In this document: positions 9,385 through 19,600 of the stretch, in pieces
Layout: each line of letters opens with the position of its first letter
Position numbering within the stretch: the stretch's first letter is position 1
Assembly: GCA_018675335.1 (NCBI GenBank)
Contig: JABGYH010000001.1
Span: 162,908-186,907, forward strand
Reading direction: 5' to 3'
Source of the DNA: Candidatus Woesearchaeota archaeon
GTDB lineage: Archaea > Nanobdellota > Nanobdellia > Woesearchaeales > UBA11576
DNA length: 24,000 nt
Notes under the pieces: model-generated
What the model was told of the DNA's origin: nothing
The model's input: only the letters and a program-made list of their open reading frames with translations
Database searches by the model: none
Translations under genes and position numbers: made by a program

Positions 9385-10431
9385 ATGTACAAATTAAAAC
9401 AAATTCCAGAAGATTTTATTGTTGAAGAAATTGCAAATCTTAAATTAGTTCCTAAAGGTAAATTCTTAATATATGAAATGAAAAAAAAAGATTGCAATAC
9501 AGTCCATGCAATTGAACAATTAGCAAAACACCTAAAAGTCCCATTAAAATTTATTGGATTTGCAGGATCTAAAGATCGTCATGCAGTAACAACTCAATTT
9601 ATTTCAGTTAAAAAAGCAAGACCTAATTTTCAATTTTTATTAGATCAATTCTCATCTGACTTAATATCTCTTGATCTTATTGGTGAAGCAGATGAACCCT
9701 TATCTTTAGGCGACTTAGAAACTAATCGATTTGTAATTACTGTTAGAAACTTAACTGATGATGATACGAATAAAATTCAATCATTCAAACCAGATCAGAT
9801 TGAGAATTATTTTGATGAACAAAGATTTTCTGAAAAAAACCCACTCATAGGAATAGAAGTTTTAAAAGGAAATTTCAAAGAAGTCTGTGATCTGTGTGAT
9901 GAATATTGTTGTAGAGATCATTTAAAAAAACAATCAAAAGATTTTGTTGGCGCATTCAAACGAATTCCTATGAAAATAAGACTTATGTATATTCATGCAT
10001 TTCAAAGTTTATTGTTTAATCGAGCATTACAACAACTAACCGAGGAACAAACCAAAAATCCAACTCTAACTAAATATTCATTCGGAACATTTGCTTTTTC
10101 AACACAAGACACAATAACTGAACAAAATTTACCATTAATTGGTTTCGCGTCAGAATTTGAAACTGGAAAAATCAATGAGTTATTCACAAGTTACCTAAAA
10201 GAATATGATATCACACTAAGAGATTTTGCCATCAGATCAATTCCCGCACTATCTTGCGAGGGAGATTTAAGACCTGCATACTTCAAAGTTAGCGGATTCG
10301 AATATGAGCTCATGGATGATGACCTAAATTCCGACAAGAAAAAAATTGTTCTTAAATTTATTTTACCTAAAGGTTCATATGCGACAATAGTAATTAAAAA
10401 GATATTTGGGCAATTAATCAAATCTAAATAA
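9385..10431 (+). CDS. truD: tRNA pseudouridine(13) synthase TruD
   Basis: EDFIVEEI at the N-terminus, FIGFAGSKDRHAVTTQFISV, GDLETNRFVITVRNL, YFDEQRFS and HAFQSLLFNRAL are TruD-type motifs. Confidence 0.93.
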   Translation: MYKLKQIPEDFIVEEIANLKLVPKGKFLIYEMKKKDCNTVHAIEQLAKHLKVPLKFIGFAGSKDRHAVTTQFISVKKARPNFQFLLDQFSSDLISLDLIGEADEPLSLGDLETNRFVITVRNLTDDDTNKIQSFKPDQIENYFDEQRFSEKNPLIGIEVLKGNFKEVCDLCDEYCCRDHLKKQSKDFVGAFKRIPMKIRLMYIHAFQSLLFNRALQQLTEEQTKNPTLTKYSFGTFAFSTQDTITEQNLPLIGFASEFETGKINELFTSYLKEYDITLRDFAIRSIPALSCEGDLRPAYFKVSGFEYELMDDDLNSDKKKIVLKFILPKGSYATIVIKKIFGQLIKSK

Positions 10432-10449
10432 TTAATAATTTAATTTTTA

Positions 10450-11313
10450 TTAGATAAAAACACTCACTATTCTCAAACTTAAACTAAACAAATGCTCAAC
10501 TAATGTCCCCATAGCAATAGGCATTTTAGTTTTTAAATAAATTTGATCTTTTGCTTTATTTAGTTGTTCATATATTCTTAAAGCAAATTTATAATCTTGT
10601 TTAAAAAAACTTTCATGTAATTGACCAAATATATTAAACAAATTAATAAAATATTTTTCTAGACTTAAATTAAATTCTTTAATTTGCGATAAATAAAACA
10701 AAGACCCAGATATTTTTTTTAGCATTAAAACTAAAACTACATATTCATATGTTTTTTCTTTTCCAAAATTATTTATGAATATTAATTTTTGACAATAATT
10801 ACTTTGCTTTAATATAGATTGCCTTAATTCTGATATTTCTTGATTTTTTTCAAATGAATTATTAAAACCCTCTAAAATCAAAGAAAACATATATTTTACT
10901 GTAATAAATAATTTATTTAATATTTTATCAAAATCTTTTGGTTCTTCTTTTATGCTATTTTTAATTATTATCTTATCATTTTTCTGATCTATTATTACTA
11001 AACCAGTAAATTTATCAATTAATTTATTAATACCTACAAAGGAAAATTTATTTTTATTTATTATTTCAATCAAATTATACCCTTGCCAATATATTAAAGA
11101 TAACGCAATTCGTAAAGAATTATCATCTAAATCAGTTGCATCCAACTCAATTTTTTTTTCTTTTAATACTGATTGAGGCGCAATTATTAAGTTATTTCCA
11201 TCTTCAGATACTGCAACTTCATCACCCGGATTTAATTCTAATCTATTAACCCATTTTTTAGGAACATATAGTGTAAGACCTGTTCCTCCTTGTTTTATCA
11301 GTTTTCTATTCAT
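10450..11313 (-). CDS. AbrB-like N-terminal domain plus PhoU-like helical C-terminal region; putative phosphate-type regulator
   Basis: LIKQGGTGLTLYVPKKWVNRLELNPGDEVAVSEDGNNLIIAP is a swapped-hairpin AbrB/SpoVT-like domain; the rest is helical, as in archaeal AbrB-PhoU fusions. Confidence 0.7.
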   Translation of the reverse strand: MNRKLIKQGGTGLTLYVPKKWVNRLELNPGDEVAVSEDGNNLIIAPQSVLKEKKIELDATDLDDNSLRIALSLIYWQGYNLIEIINKNKFSFVGINKLIDKFTGLVIIDQKNDKIIIKNSIKEEPKDFDKILNKLFITVKYMFSLILEGFNNSFEKNQEISELRQSILKQSNYCQKLIFINNFGKEKTYEYVVLVLMLKKISGSLFYLSQIKEFNLSLEKYFINLFNIFGQLHESFFKQDYKFALRIYEQLNKAKDQIYLKTKMPIAMGTLVEHLFSLSLRIVSVFI

Positions 11314-11440
11314 AATACCCCCAAATCAAGCATCATATTTAAAATTTACGATTTTAATATCTTAGATATGGAAGATAGTAAAAAGATATTAATAAGAGAC
11401 CTTAACTACTAAAGAATAACAAAAATGAGAGATCTTTAAA

Positions 11441-12331
11441 ATGAAACAAAACGAATTTTTAACAAAAATAGGAAAAATTTTTACTATCGCAATAGCTACA
11501 TCAATGATATATGGCCCAACACAGATTGGAACAATCAACCAAGCACAGGCAGCTGAAAAGCCAGAAGAAACAATAAACACACTAATCATTGCTAAAACAA
11601 AAAGAAAAACATCACAACCAACTCACAAAATTAAAACTAACACTACTCAAACAAGAAGCTTATCTCAAATAGTAAATCAAGCAAATCCTAATTCGTCTAA
11701 AACTAGAATTTCATATTTAGCAAAAGGACAACCTGCAACAGACCATGATTTAGCAAGAATTGTTATTCACACAAATAATGCAACCATAAAAATGACAGAT
11801 ATTGCAGATCATTTTCGTGACGCAGATGAAATTCCAGATGTAATAGAACTTAATGGAAAAATAGTTTGTACAGGAAATAATTGTAAACAATACAAAAAAA
11901 AATTCGTAGCAGTAAGAGATCAATTGATAGATCAGCATTTAAAAAACATAGACGAATATGTTCAAAAAGGAAAATATATTTTACCAAAAAATGAAGGTAA
12001 AAATTATTTTATTGAAGACCACAGCGGATTCCTGACATTTTATTCTCCAGATAAAAAATTCAAGTACAGATTTGTAGATAGTGATGGAGATGGGACTCCC
12101 GAAGAAATCCAAATAATAGAATACCAAGGAAATAAATCAAGATTAGTTTTACATGCGATCCGCGATAAATTTACAGAAAAAAAGTTCAAAGGTCTAATGA
12201 GTAAATTATACAAAGGAATGTGTAAACATCAAAAAGTCAAAACTGATTCCGAATATAATTCTAATCCAAAACCAAAAAAGAATGAATTAGATTATGAACT
12301 AGATAAAGCTCTAGATTCTTTAATGAGGTAA
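11441..12331 (+). CDS. hypothetical secreted protein
   Basis: 296 aa. Signal-peptide-like N-terminus KIFTIAIATSMIYGPTQIGTINQAQAAE, and an FVDSDGDGTPEE motif near the C-terminus. Confidence 0.72.
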   Translation: MKQNEFLTKIGKIFTIAIATSMIYGPTQIGTINQAQAAEKPEETINTLIIAKTKRKTSQPTHKIKTNTTQTRSLSQIVNQANPNSSKTRISYLAKGQPATDHDLARIVIHTNNATIKMTDIADHFRDADEIPDVIELNGKIVCTGNNCKQYKKKFVAVRDQLIDQHLKNIDEYVQKGKYILPKNEGKNYFIEDHSGFLTFYSPDKKFKYRFVDSDGDGTPEEIQIIEYQGNKSRLVLHAIRDKFTEKKFKGLMSKLYKGMCKHQKVKTDSEYNSNPKPKKNELDYELDKALDSLMR

Positions 12332-12336
12332 TAAAA

Positions 12337-12729
12337 ATGTCATTGTTAAAAATATTAAGAGTTGAATGCGTAGATGGAAATTATAATGAATTAGATATGG
12401 ACTCTCATTCTGTTCCAGAAGTTTATGCGTATGGATTATTTAGTGAACTTAACACAATAACACAAACTAAACCAACAGCGCATTTAAGACAAGAATCTCC
12501 TTTATTTTCCCGATTAAATAAATTAGGGGAATATATCTCAAAAACACACAGCGACAATGACGACATCATCGCAGTTACGAACAGTCATGGGAAAAAATAT
12601 ATTTCTGCCGAAAAAATAATTTTTTTAAACAATAATCAAACATTCGCATTTACGGCTTACATAACTAATTTAACTTATCCCCAATATGCACTAGTTAAAT
12701 CAATTTATGATAAAATAAAAAAAGAATAG
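12337..12729 (+). CDS. hypothetical protein, 130 aa
   Basis: Starts 6 nt after the preceding stop and is likely co-transcribed. No recognisable family. Confidence 0.6.
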   Translation: MSLLKILRVECVDGNYNELDMDSHSVPEVYAYGLFSELNTITQTKPTAHLRQESPLFSRLNKLGEYISKTHSDNDDIIAVTNSHGKKYISAEKIIFLNNNQTFAFTAYITNLTYPQYALVKSIYDKIKKE

Positions 12730-12754
12730 AAAAAAAATAAACAAAATTAAATAA

Positions 12755-13405
12755 TTATTTTTCAATTGCAGTTAATGCATCATTAACTATTGCTGCAATT
12801 TCTTTTCTGTTTGCATCAACACTATCTAAAATTCCTTTTTGTTTATAATAATCAATTAAAGGTTCTGTTTGATCTCGGTATACTTTTAATCTTCCCCTAA
12901 TTGTTCCTTCACAATCATCATCTCGCTGAAATAAATCGCTTCCGCAAGAGTCACAACGCCCATGTTCTTTTGGTTGTGGAAAACCATCAGGATTAATATT
13001 ATATACCTTACTACAGGACTTACATGTTCTTCTTGCAGCAAGCCTATATACAATCACTTCTTCTGGAACTGTAAAATTAATTACTTTGTGAATTTGCACA
13101 TCAGAACTACTTAACGAATCTGCTTGAGGAATTGTTCGTGGAAATCCATCAAGAATAAATCCATTTTTACAATCATCGTTTTTAATTCTTTCTTGTAATA
13201 TGTTAACAACTAATTCATCTGGAACTAATTTTCCACTATCCATATATTCTTTAGCTTTCAAACCAACTTCAGTTCCTTCTTTTACTGCACCTCGAAGTAA
13301 ATCTCCAGTTGAAATTTGTATTAATTCTAATTTTTCTAAAATTTGTTGAGCTATTGTTCCTTTTCCTGCTCCAGGAGGTCCTAGAAATATTAAATTTTTC
13401 ATCAT
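12755..13405 (-). CDS. adk: adenylate kinase with four-Cys zinc-type LID
   Basis: FLGPPGAGKGTIAQ, ISTGDLLRGAV, GFILDGFPRTIPQA, and LID CKSCSKVYN...CDSCGSDLFQRDDD. Confidence 0.95.
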   Translation of the reverse strand: MMKNLIFLGPPGAGKGTIAQQILEKLELIQISTGDLLRGAVKEGTEVGLKAKEYMDSGKLVPDELVVNILQERIKNDDCKNGFILDGFPRTIPQADSLSSSDVQIHKVINFTVPEEVIVYRLAARRTCKSCSKVYNINPDGFPQPKEHGRCDSCGSDLFQRDDDCEGTIRGRLKVYRDQTEPLIDYYKQKGILDSVDANRKEIAAIVNDALTAIEK

Positions 13406-13408
13406 TAT

Positions 13409-13861
13409 TCACCCCAAATATCCAAGTTTTTCTTTTTGTTCGTCTTCTTTGATCCATACTTCTTTGAGTTTACTTACTTGTTTGCGTAAATCTTTTCTGA
13501 AGGGTTTCCAAAAATCAAATACTGACTTGATGAACTTTGCATTTTCTTTATCACTATCATATATACTTATTTCTACAGCCCACCGATTAAAAAACATTAT
13601 TTGTTTATACAAAACCATTAATTGGTCTCGTTCTTGATCTGTAAATGTTGAAGATTCAATCATTATACAAAACTTACTATCTGGATGTATTAACTCATCA
13701 AGTATGCTTCCAGAATGTTCTACATACTCATAAATTTTATTTCGGATATTTCTTAGAATAAACGGCTCTGTTTCAGCTTTACTTATTTCAAAATAATCAT
13801 CCATAACATTAAAATCAGGTAAATCAAATTTCTTTTTTATTAGTCCATATTCTTTTTTCAT
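13409..13861 (-). CDS. hypothetical protein, 150 aa, immediately upstream of adk
   Basis: Intact minus-strand ORF ending 4 nt before adk. TATA-like sequence (minus TTTATAAAG) about 30 nt upstream of its ATG. Confidence 0.75.
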   Translation of the reverse strand: MKKEYGLIKKKFDLPDFNVMDDYFEISKAETEPFILRNIRNKIYEYVEHSGSILDELIHPDSKFCIMIESSTFTDQERDQLMVLYKQIMFFNRWAVEISIYDSDKENAKFIKSVFDFWKPFRKDLRKQVSKLKEVWIKEDEQKEKLGYLG

Positions 13862-13885
13862 ATCAGATGTAAATTTAGAATTGCT

Positions 13886-13896
13886 TTATAAATATT
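13886..13896 (-). promoter_or_regulatory. putative TATA element of the 13861/adk operon
   Basis: Minus-strand ATTTATAAAGC about 30 nt upstream of the start codon. Confidence 0.45.
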
Positions 13897-14030
13897 TGCC
13901 TATACATAATTTTGCTTAAATATACAAATTAAATAAAATTAAGAACCATAAATCTAAATAACATTTTAACCCTAACTAACGTCAAAAACCTAACAAAACG
14001 CCTATAATTAGGATATAGAACACAAAAAAC

Positions 14031-14040
14031 TTTATAAATG
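14031..14040 (+). promoter_or_regulatory. putative TATA element for tRNA-Thr
   Basis: TTTATAAATG about 65-70 nt upstream of the tRNA 5' end. Confidence 0.4.
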
Positions 14041-14103
14041 AGCCCCAATTTTGCCTAACTTAACTAAAAATGTAGGGGTCTAAATTTCAGACACTTACAA
14101 ACT

Positions 14104-14210
14104 GCCTCCGTGGCTTAGTGGCTATAGCGGCTGACTTGTAAACCAACATAATACCCAAAATTGTTGACCAAGCAATCAGCAGGTCGCGAGTTCAACTCTC
14201 GCCGGAGGCT
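14104..14210 (+). tRNA. tRNA-Thr(UGU) with one intron
   Basis: Acceptor GCCTCCG/CGGAGGC, D-stem GCT/AGC, anticodon arm GCTGA-CTTGTA|A-TCAGC, T-arm GCGAG-TTCAACT-CTCGC, discriminator T. Mature length 73 nt. Confidence 0.95.
14141..14174 (+). other. anticodon-loop (37/38) intron of tRNA-Thr, 34 nt
   Basis: Clear BHB: central helix CTTG/CAAG with bulges TAA and CAA, and an intron-internal CAACA/TGTTG helix. Confidence 0.92.
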
Positions 14211-14416
14211 TTCTTATTTCTAAACGTAAACTTAACTTAGTTAGTGAGTTAGCTAACTTTACAGTCTGGCTAAATAGAAAAAGTACTCTAAAACACACCA
14301 TAACAAAATAAATCAATATACTAAAAAACTGAATTAACACAAACACGTTTTCAAGATTCAAGAAATAATCAACAGATTTAATTCAAGATACTAATTTATT
14401 TCAATAAAATGATTAA

Positions 14417-15286
14417 TTAAGAGTTAAATTTTTCTCCAATAAAAAAAGAACCCGCATAGAGAGTGGCACCTACTAAACCGATTATAATATTTGGGGTATA
14501 ATCTCCTTCTTGACCCAAAAACTGAAAAAAATCCCTGCCCATAAATTTACTAATCGCATCTACACAAGCAAAAGATATTGCCAAAGTACCCGCACCATAG
14601 GTTATTTTTTCTACGCAAATACCAATACTATGTTTTGAATATTCCCAACAATATTTTAATATTGCTTTTGGTGATCTAACCTTCAACACATTTCCTAAAA
14701 GACCCATTTTATCTTTAGCTTTTTCAATACTTGCAGATTTAACACCTGCATATCTCATATATTCTAGGTCAACAAGAATTGGTCTTTCTTCTTTATCTAA
14801 AACAAAATCAAAGGCACCTACTTCTTCTTCATACAAATATCCTAATTCATGAACCTTTTCCATTGTTTCAAGCATTTGCTTTTTCAGTTCAGACGTTATT
14901 ACTGCTCCAGCTAGTGTTGGCCCTGGCAATAGTTCCTTAATTACATAATGTAAATCACCTTTCCCTTCCATTCCTTCATGATCACGACTTTTATTTGTTC
15001 TAATTGTTCCTGAATCAACGTAACCAACAATCCCAGGAATATTTTTTAACAATTCAAGATATCTTGCTTCATTAAGTATATTATTTTGACTGCAAACTAA
15101 AGGATGATCAAAATTAAATTTCATAATATACTTTTTACCCTCTTTTTCAACAATCCAAACTGGATGTTTTGTTGTAATTTCAGCTATTGGTCCTACAACT
15201 CTAAAACCTTTTTCAGCTAATAAAATCTCTTCTAAATCACCAAAATATTCTTTTTCTCCATCAATAAAAGGTCTAGTACTTACCAT
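14417..15286 (-). CDS. membrane-anchored protein-kinase-like (lipopolysaccharide/APH-like fold) protein
   Basis: WIVEKEGKKYIMKFNFDHP (possible ATP-binding Lys), LHYVIKELLPGPTLAGAV, HELGYLYEEEVGAFDFVLDKEERPILVDLEYM (degenerate catalytic/metal region), and two C-terminal hydrophobic helices. Confidence 0.65.
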   Translation of the reverse strand: MVSTRPFIDGEKEYFGDLEEILLAEKGFRVVGPIAEITTKHPVWIVEKEGKKYIMKFNFDHPLVCSQNNILNEARYLELLKNIPGIVGYVDSGTIRTNKSRDHEGMEGKGDLHYVIKELLPGPTLAGAVITSELKKQMLETMEKVHELGYLYEEEVGAFDFVLDKEERPILVDLEYMRYAGVKSASIEKAKDKMGLLGNVLKVRSPKAILKYCWEYSKHSIGICVEKITYGAGTLAISFACVDAISKFMGRDFFQFLGQEGDYTPNIIIGLVGATLYAGSFFIGEKFNS

Positions 15287-15531
15287 ATATTAATTATACC
15301 CCCACAGATATTTATGAAGTTTTCGTCACAAAATTAATTCAAAATAATAAAATAATATATTAAATTCTTATATTGATTTAATAATAAAAGCTTACAAGAA
15401 CACACGAAAATTTCTTATAAAATAACAAATAAAAACAAGTATAACAACCTAAAAAAAAACCCCAAATAAACATTTATCACTTAAATTCTAAGCAAAAATT
15501 TATATTATCCAAAATTATCTGTAGTAATTAC

Positions 15532-16653
15532 ATGCAAGCATGCCAAAGTTCTAATGTTTACAGGCTAGAAGATTATGTAGCTCAAAACTTTCGAACAGAA
15601 CCAGAAGTATTAATGCAAAATCCTGCCAAAGGATTTGTAAATTCTATTAGCCCTACAGGATACATTACAACAGTAACACAAGAACTTAAAACACGCGGAG
15701 AAGTTTATAGTAAAATAGAATTAACTTCTATAAGAGCTCACCTTAAAGACGCATATGCGCAAGTCAAACATAAAAAAAATAAGTCTTTACTTTCAAATTA
15801 TCGTTCATCTTTAGCAAGAATTGCCAGGTTTAGTTTTCAAGCAGAAATGACAGAAGGAAAAACATTAGATGAACTCTTAACATCTACTAAAACAAATGAA
15901 TATCAAAAATTTATTTTAGCAAAATATCATTTAGCAAACCAAAGCTATACTAAACTTAGATCTTCTAAAGGTTTAGCGTCTATTGATCGTGCATGCAGAT
16001 TAACTAATGAAATTTTAGAAACTAAATTAAGAACAGATCAAAAAGTAACATTTGGCGAACAAAAAGCTTATGATGCACTAATGACTGAATTAATGGATAT
16101 CAGAATATCTGCTAAATATCATGAACCTGCTAAGTTTGAAGAATTAACCCTCGTTCACGAAACAAATTTAGATCTTCCTCCACAAACTATAATTCCTGAA
16201 ATTAGTCATCCCTTAATTGATCAAATTGGATATTTTACACGCAGACATGCTAGTAGTTTTTTATTTATGTGTGGAGTTGTAGTTCTTGCCTGGCAATTCC
16301 AAATGAATTGTGCTTCAAATAAATATGTTCATGCATCATCTTCCACTGCCAAAATCCAACTAGATCCAAATTATGGCAATTCAACGAGTCAAAAAACTCT
16401 TATTCTTAAACCAAACAAGATCACACCACAAACACAACCGCCTATTTTAACTAAACAAGAAGTTCTTCCGCCTGGAAAGTATAGAGTTCAAAAAGGAGAT
16501 ATTTTGTGGAATCTTGCTCAACAATTCAGAGGAGATCCTGATACCTGGGAAAATATGGCTGAAGAATCAGACGTTGAAGAACCAACTTTGCTACAAATAG
16601 GAACAATAATTAATAAAATATCTCAAAAAAAAAACTCAGATAATACAAGTTAA
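15532..16653 (+). CDS. single-pass membrane protein with C-terminal LysM domain
   Basis: Helical N-terminal domain, TM-like SSFLFMCGVVVLAWQFQM, and C-terminal YRVQKGDILWNLAQQFRGDPDTWENMAEESDVEEPTLLQIGTIINKI. TATA-like TTTATATTA about 29 nt upstream. Confidence 0.8.
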   Translation: MQACQSSNVYRLEDYVAQNFRTEPEVLMQNPAKGFVNSISPTGYITTVTQELKTRGEVYSKIELTSIRAHLKDAYAQVKHKKNKSLLSNYRSSLARIARFSFQAEMTEGKTLDELLTSTKTNEYQKFILAKYHLANQSYTKLRSSKGLASIDRACRLTNEILETKLRTDQKVTFGEQKAYDALMTELMDIRISAKYHEPAKFEELTLVHETNLDLPPQTIIPEISHPLIDQIGYFTRRHASSFLFMCGVVVLAWQFQMNCASNKYVHASSSTAKIQLDPNYGNSTSQKTLILKPNKITPQTQPPILTKQEVLPPGKYRVQKGDILWNLAQQFRGDPDTWENMAEESDVEEPTLLQIGTIINKISQKKNSDNTS

Positions 16654-16683
16654 AAAAAAAAAAATAATTCAAATAACTTAATT

Positions 16684-19600
16684 CTAAATCAACAAATCTT
16701 TACGATGAATTGAATTTTTCAAAATATGAGAAAAATTATTTATTTGATATTCTGTTCTCATATCTTTTGAAGTTTTTGTAATTTTGGCTCGCACATCACC
16801 ACTAACACCCCTAGAATTCACAGCAGAGTTTGAATCAATTCTACTATCAATTAAATCAGGATTGATCGCACTAACACTTTTTGTTTTTCTTGTACTTTGA
16901 ACTTTAGTAGAAGAACTATTGCTCTTTTCCGATTTAGATTCTTCTTGAGCAGCAGGAGTGTTTCCAGCACCATTTCTATCACTACAAACTGGATCAATAG
17001 GATTCATAGTTATGGACAATATCAGATTATTTTGTAATTCGACTCCATAATGTACTGCTCGATCTTTATATCCGCTCTTGATTGCTTCAACAGCATAAAA
17101 TCCAGGTTCTAAATCAAATTTCACATTCTGTGAATTAAAAGTAATTGTTTTTGATGCCAAAAGTGCAGTATCAATCCCAGTTATTATTTCATTGTTTTCA
17201 TCTGTTTCTGCATTTTCATATATGTTAACAATTACAGGACTAATCCAATAATATTCCTCACAAGAAAAAGCATTTACTCTTACTTTTAATTCTCCAGTTT
17301 CAATAGTTTCAGCTACGCATTCGCCATCTTCACAACCAAACTCACATTCTTGTTTGAGCGTATATTCAGTGTTTTCAATACAAGTAGATTCTGGTGTCCC
17401 CGCACTCAAACAAGTGTAACTTATGAAATCACCATAAACATTTTCATAAGTATTATCACAAACTAAATTATTTAACCAACCATCACTGCCACAATCATCA
17501 TCTGTTGAACAAATAGGTTCCGACCAACCACAAGCATCAGATTCTAAAGAAACTAAATCAAACTCGCATTCTCCGACCACACAACTACCTTCATAGTAGG
17601 AATAGCCCTCACAGTAATTATCACAAACAACCGTGTCGCAAGGATCACTTAAACACGCACCAGAGTCACATCCAAACTCACATACTTCTTGTAATTCGGA
17701 AACAACTTCGCAATTTTCTTGTACGTAATCTGCATAAACTTCATTTACAGATTCAGAAGAACAATAAGGTTCTAATACTTGACTTTCACAAACAGAATCA
17801 TCAAAAACATCCCCCATAATTGAAATCATAGACGGTGAATGAATTGGATTAGCCCCATAGGTGTAAGCTATTTCACCAATAAACTCATCAAACTCATCAA
17901 AAAATAATGCATTTAAGATATTACCAATGCTATCATAAGCATAATTTATGTTGTAATCCGTATCAGATTCATCCAAATCCTCAGATATTTTTTCTGCACT
18001 CATTAAACGATTCAGATCATCATACCCCATAGAGTATTCAATACTGTTAACTGCATCGGTTATACCTAACAAATTTAATACTAAATCATATTCATAACTT
18101 AAATCTTGCATTACTTCTTCTGTCGAAGGATTTTTTGTTTTTATTTCTTCTAATTTATGAATTTGACTATCATAATCATATTTGGTTTGTAATGAATTAT
18201 CATATTCTCTTAAAACAATACTTCCATGCTCATCATAGTCAATATTTGGCAATACTTCACTTATTGATTCAAGTTCTCCCTGATTATTATATTCATAATC
18301 TACAAGTTCACCATTAGGTAGCGTTTTAGAAATCACCCTATCTACATTATCATAAGTATATGAAGTTACAAAATCAATCCCATCAATTGTTTGAGTTTCC
18401 TGTGTAAGTCTTAAACGAGAATCATATTCATAGTTTTTTTCAACAACTGATGTAGTAATTGAGGATAATGTTCCTATTTTATCTAAATCATAAACATATG
18501 TGGTCATCTCACCATCTGCAGTTCTTGAAATTTCCCTATTCAAGTCATCATATTGAATAGTTACAATATTTCCTTCATCATCTTGTTGTTCAATTAAATT
18601 TCCTTCCAAGTCATAAACATAATTCCAAGTTCCAGAATTCGGAGTTATTGCAGTTATTCGACGACCAAAAGTATCATACTCATAATTAATTTCATTGTTT
18701 TGATCATCAATAACTTTTAATAATCTGCCTAATGAATCATACTCATAATTTGTTACGTATTGCTCTCCTTCATCGTATTCTATAACTTGTTTAATATTTC
18801 CATAAGCATCTTTTACATAATCATGACGAACATTATTTTGATCATAAATAGATATTGTTAATTTATCATATTCCATATTTATTTCAGACCCATCAGGATG
18901 TGTCAATTTAACAATTCTCCCAACAGGATCGTATTCATAAATTGTTTCTATATTGTACGAAACAAAATTACCAAAATTAGGACTGGAAAATAGTACAGGA
19001 TTTTCTTCACTACTTAATCTACCCATATTATCATAATGATATTGATTTAAAATCCATTGATTATTTTCAGATTCAGTTCTTGTTTCAATTAATCTTCCAA
19101 AACCACCATAATACATATAACTATCAAATGTTCCCAAACTATTTTCTTTAACTTTAGTTATAACACTCTCAGGAGCAATCCCATTAACTTCATATATGTA
19201 TTCTATGCTAGGACTAATTGTACTATCTCCTTGTCGTATTTCTTTTATTTTCCGTCCAAAAGCATCATAAACATAATTAACAGAATTACCATTCGGATCA
19301 GTTACTGAACTTAATTGTCCTGTTGAATAATCATATACATAATTTATTTCTTGATCTAATGGATTAGTTTCTTTAATCATATAAGTGAACGTAGAGTCAT
19401 ATTCATATTCAGTCTCGTGTTCATTTGGAGATATTACTGAAATTAAATTTCCATGAGAATCATAATCATAACTCACTGCAATATTTTCTCCACCGTCAAG
19501 ATTTACTTGAGATTCATAAATTAAGTCTTTGTTATTGTACTCATAATATTTGTGCAATAACAACTGATCAGATGAATCAAATATTTTATGTTCTGTTGGT

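Noticed and set aside
11389-11589. 66-aa minus-strand ORF at the start of the 11441 gene
   Set aside because: Antisense to the signal peptide of the better-supported secreted ORF; its hydrophobicity is a mirror artefact.
14176-14361. 61-aa minus-strand ORF overlapping tRNA-Thr
   Set aside because: It overlaps the 3' half of a confident tRNA and has no protein-like features beyond hydrophobic low complexity.
16654-16683. Poly-A/T run between convergent genes as a novel element
   Set aside because: Short homopolymer-rich intergenic sequence; most simply termination-associated U-tracts in an AT-rich genome.
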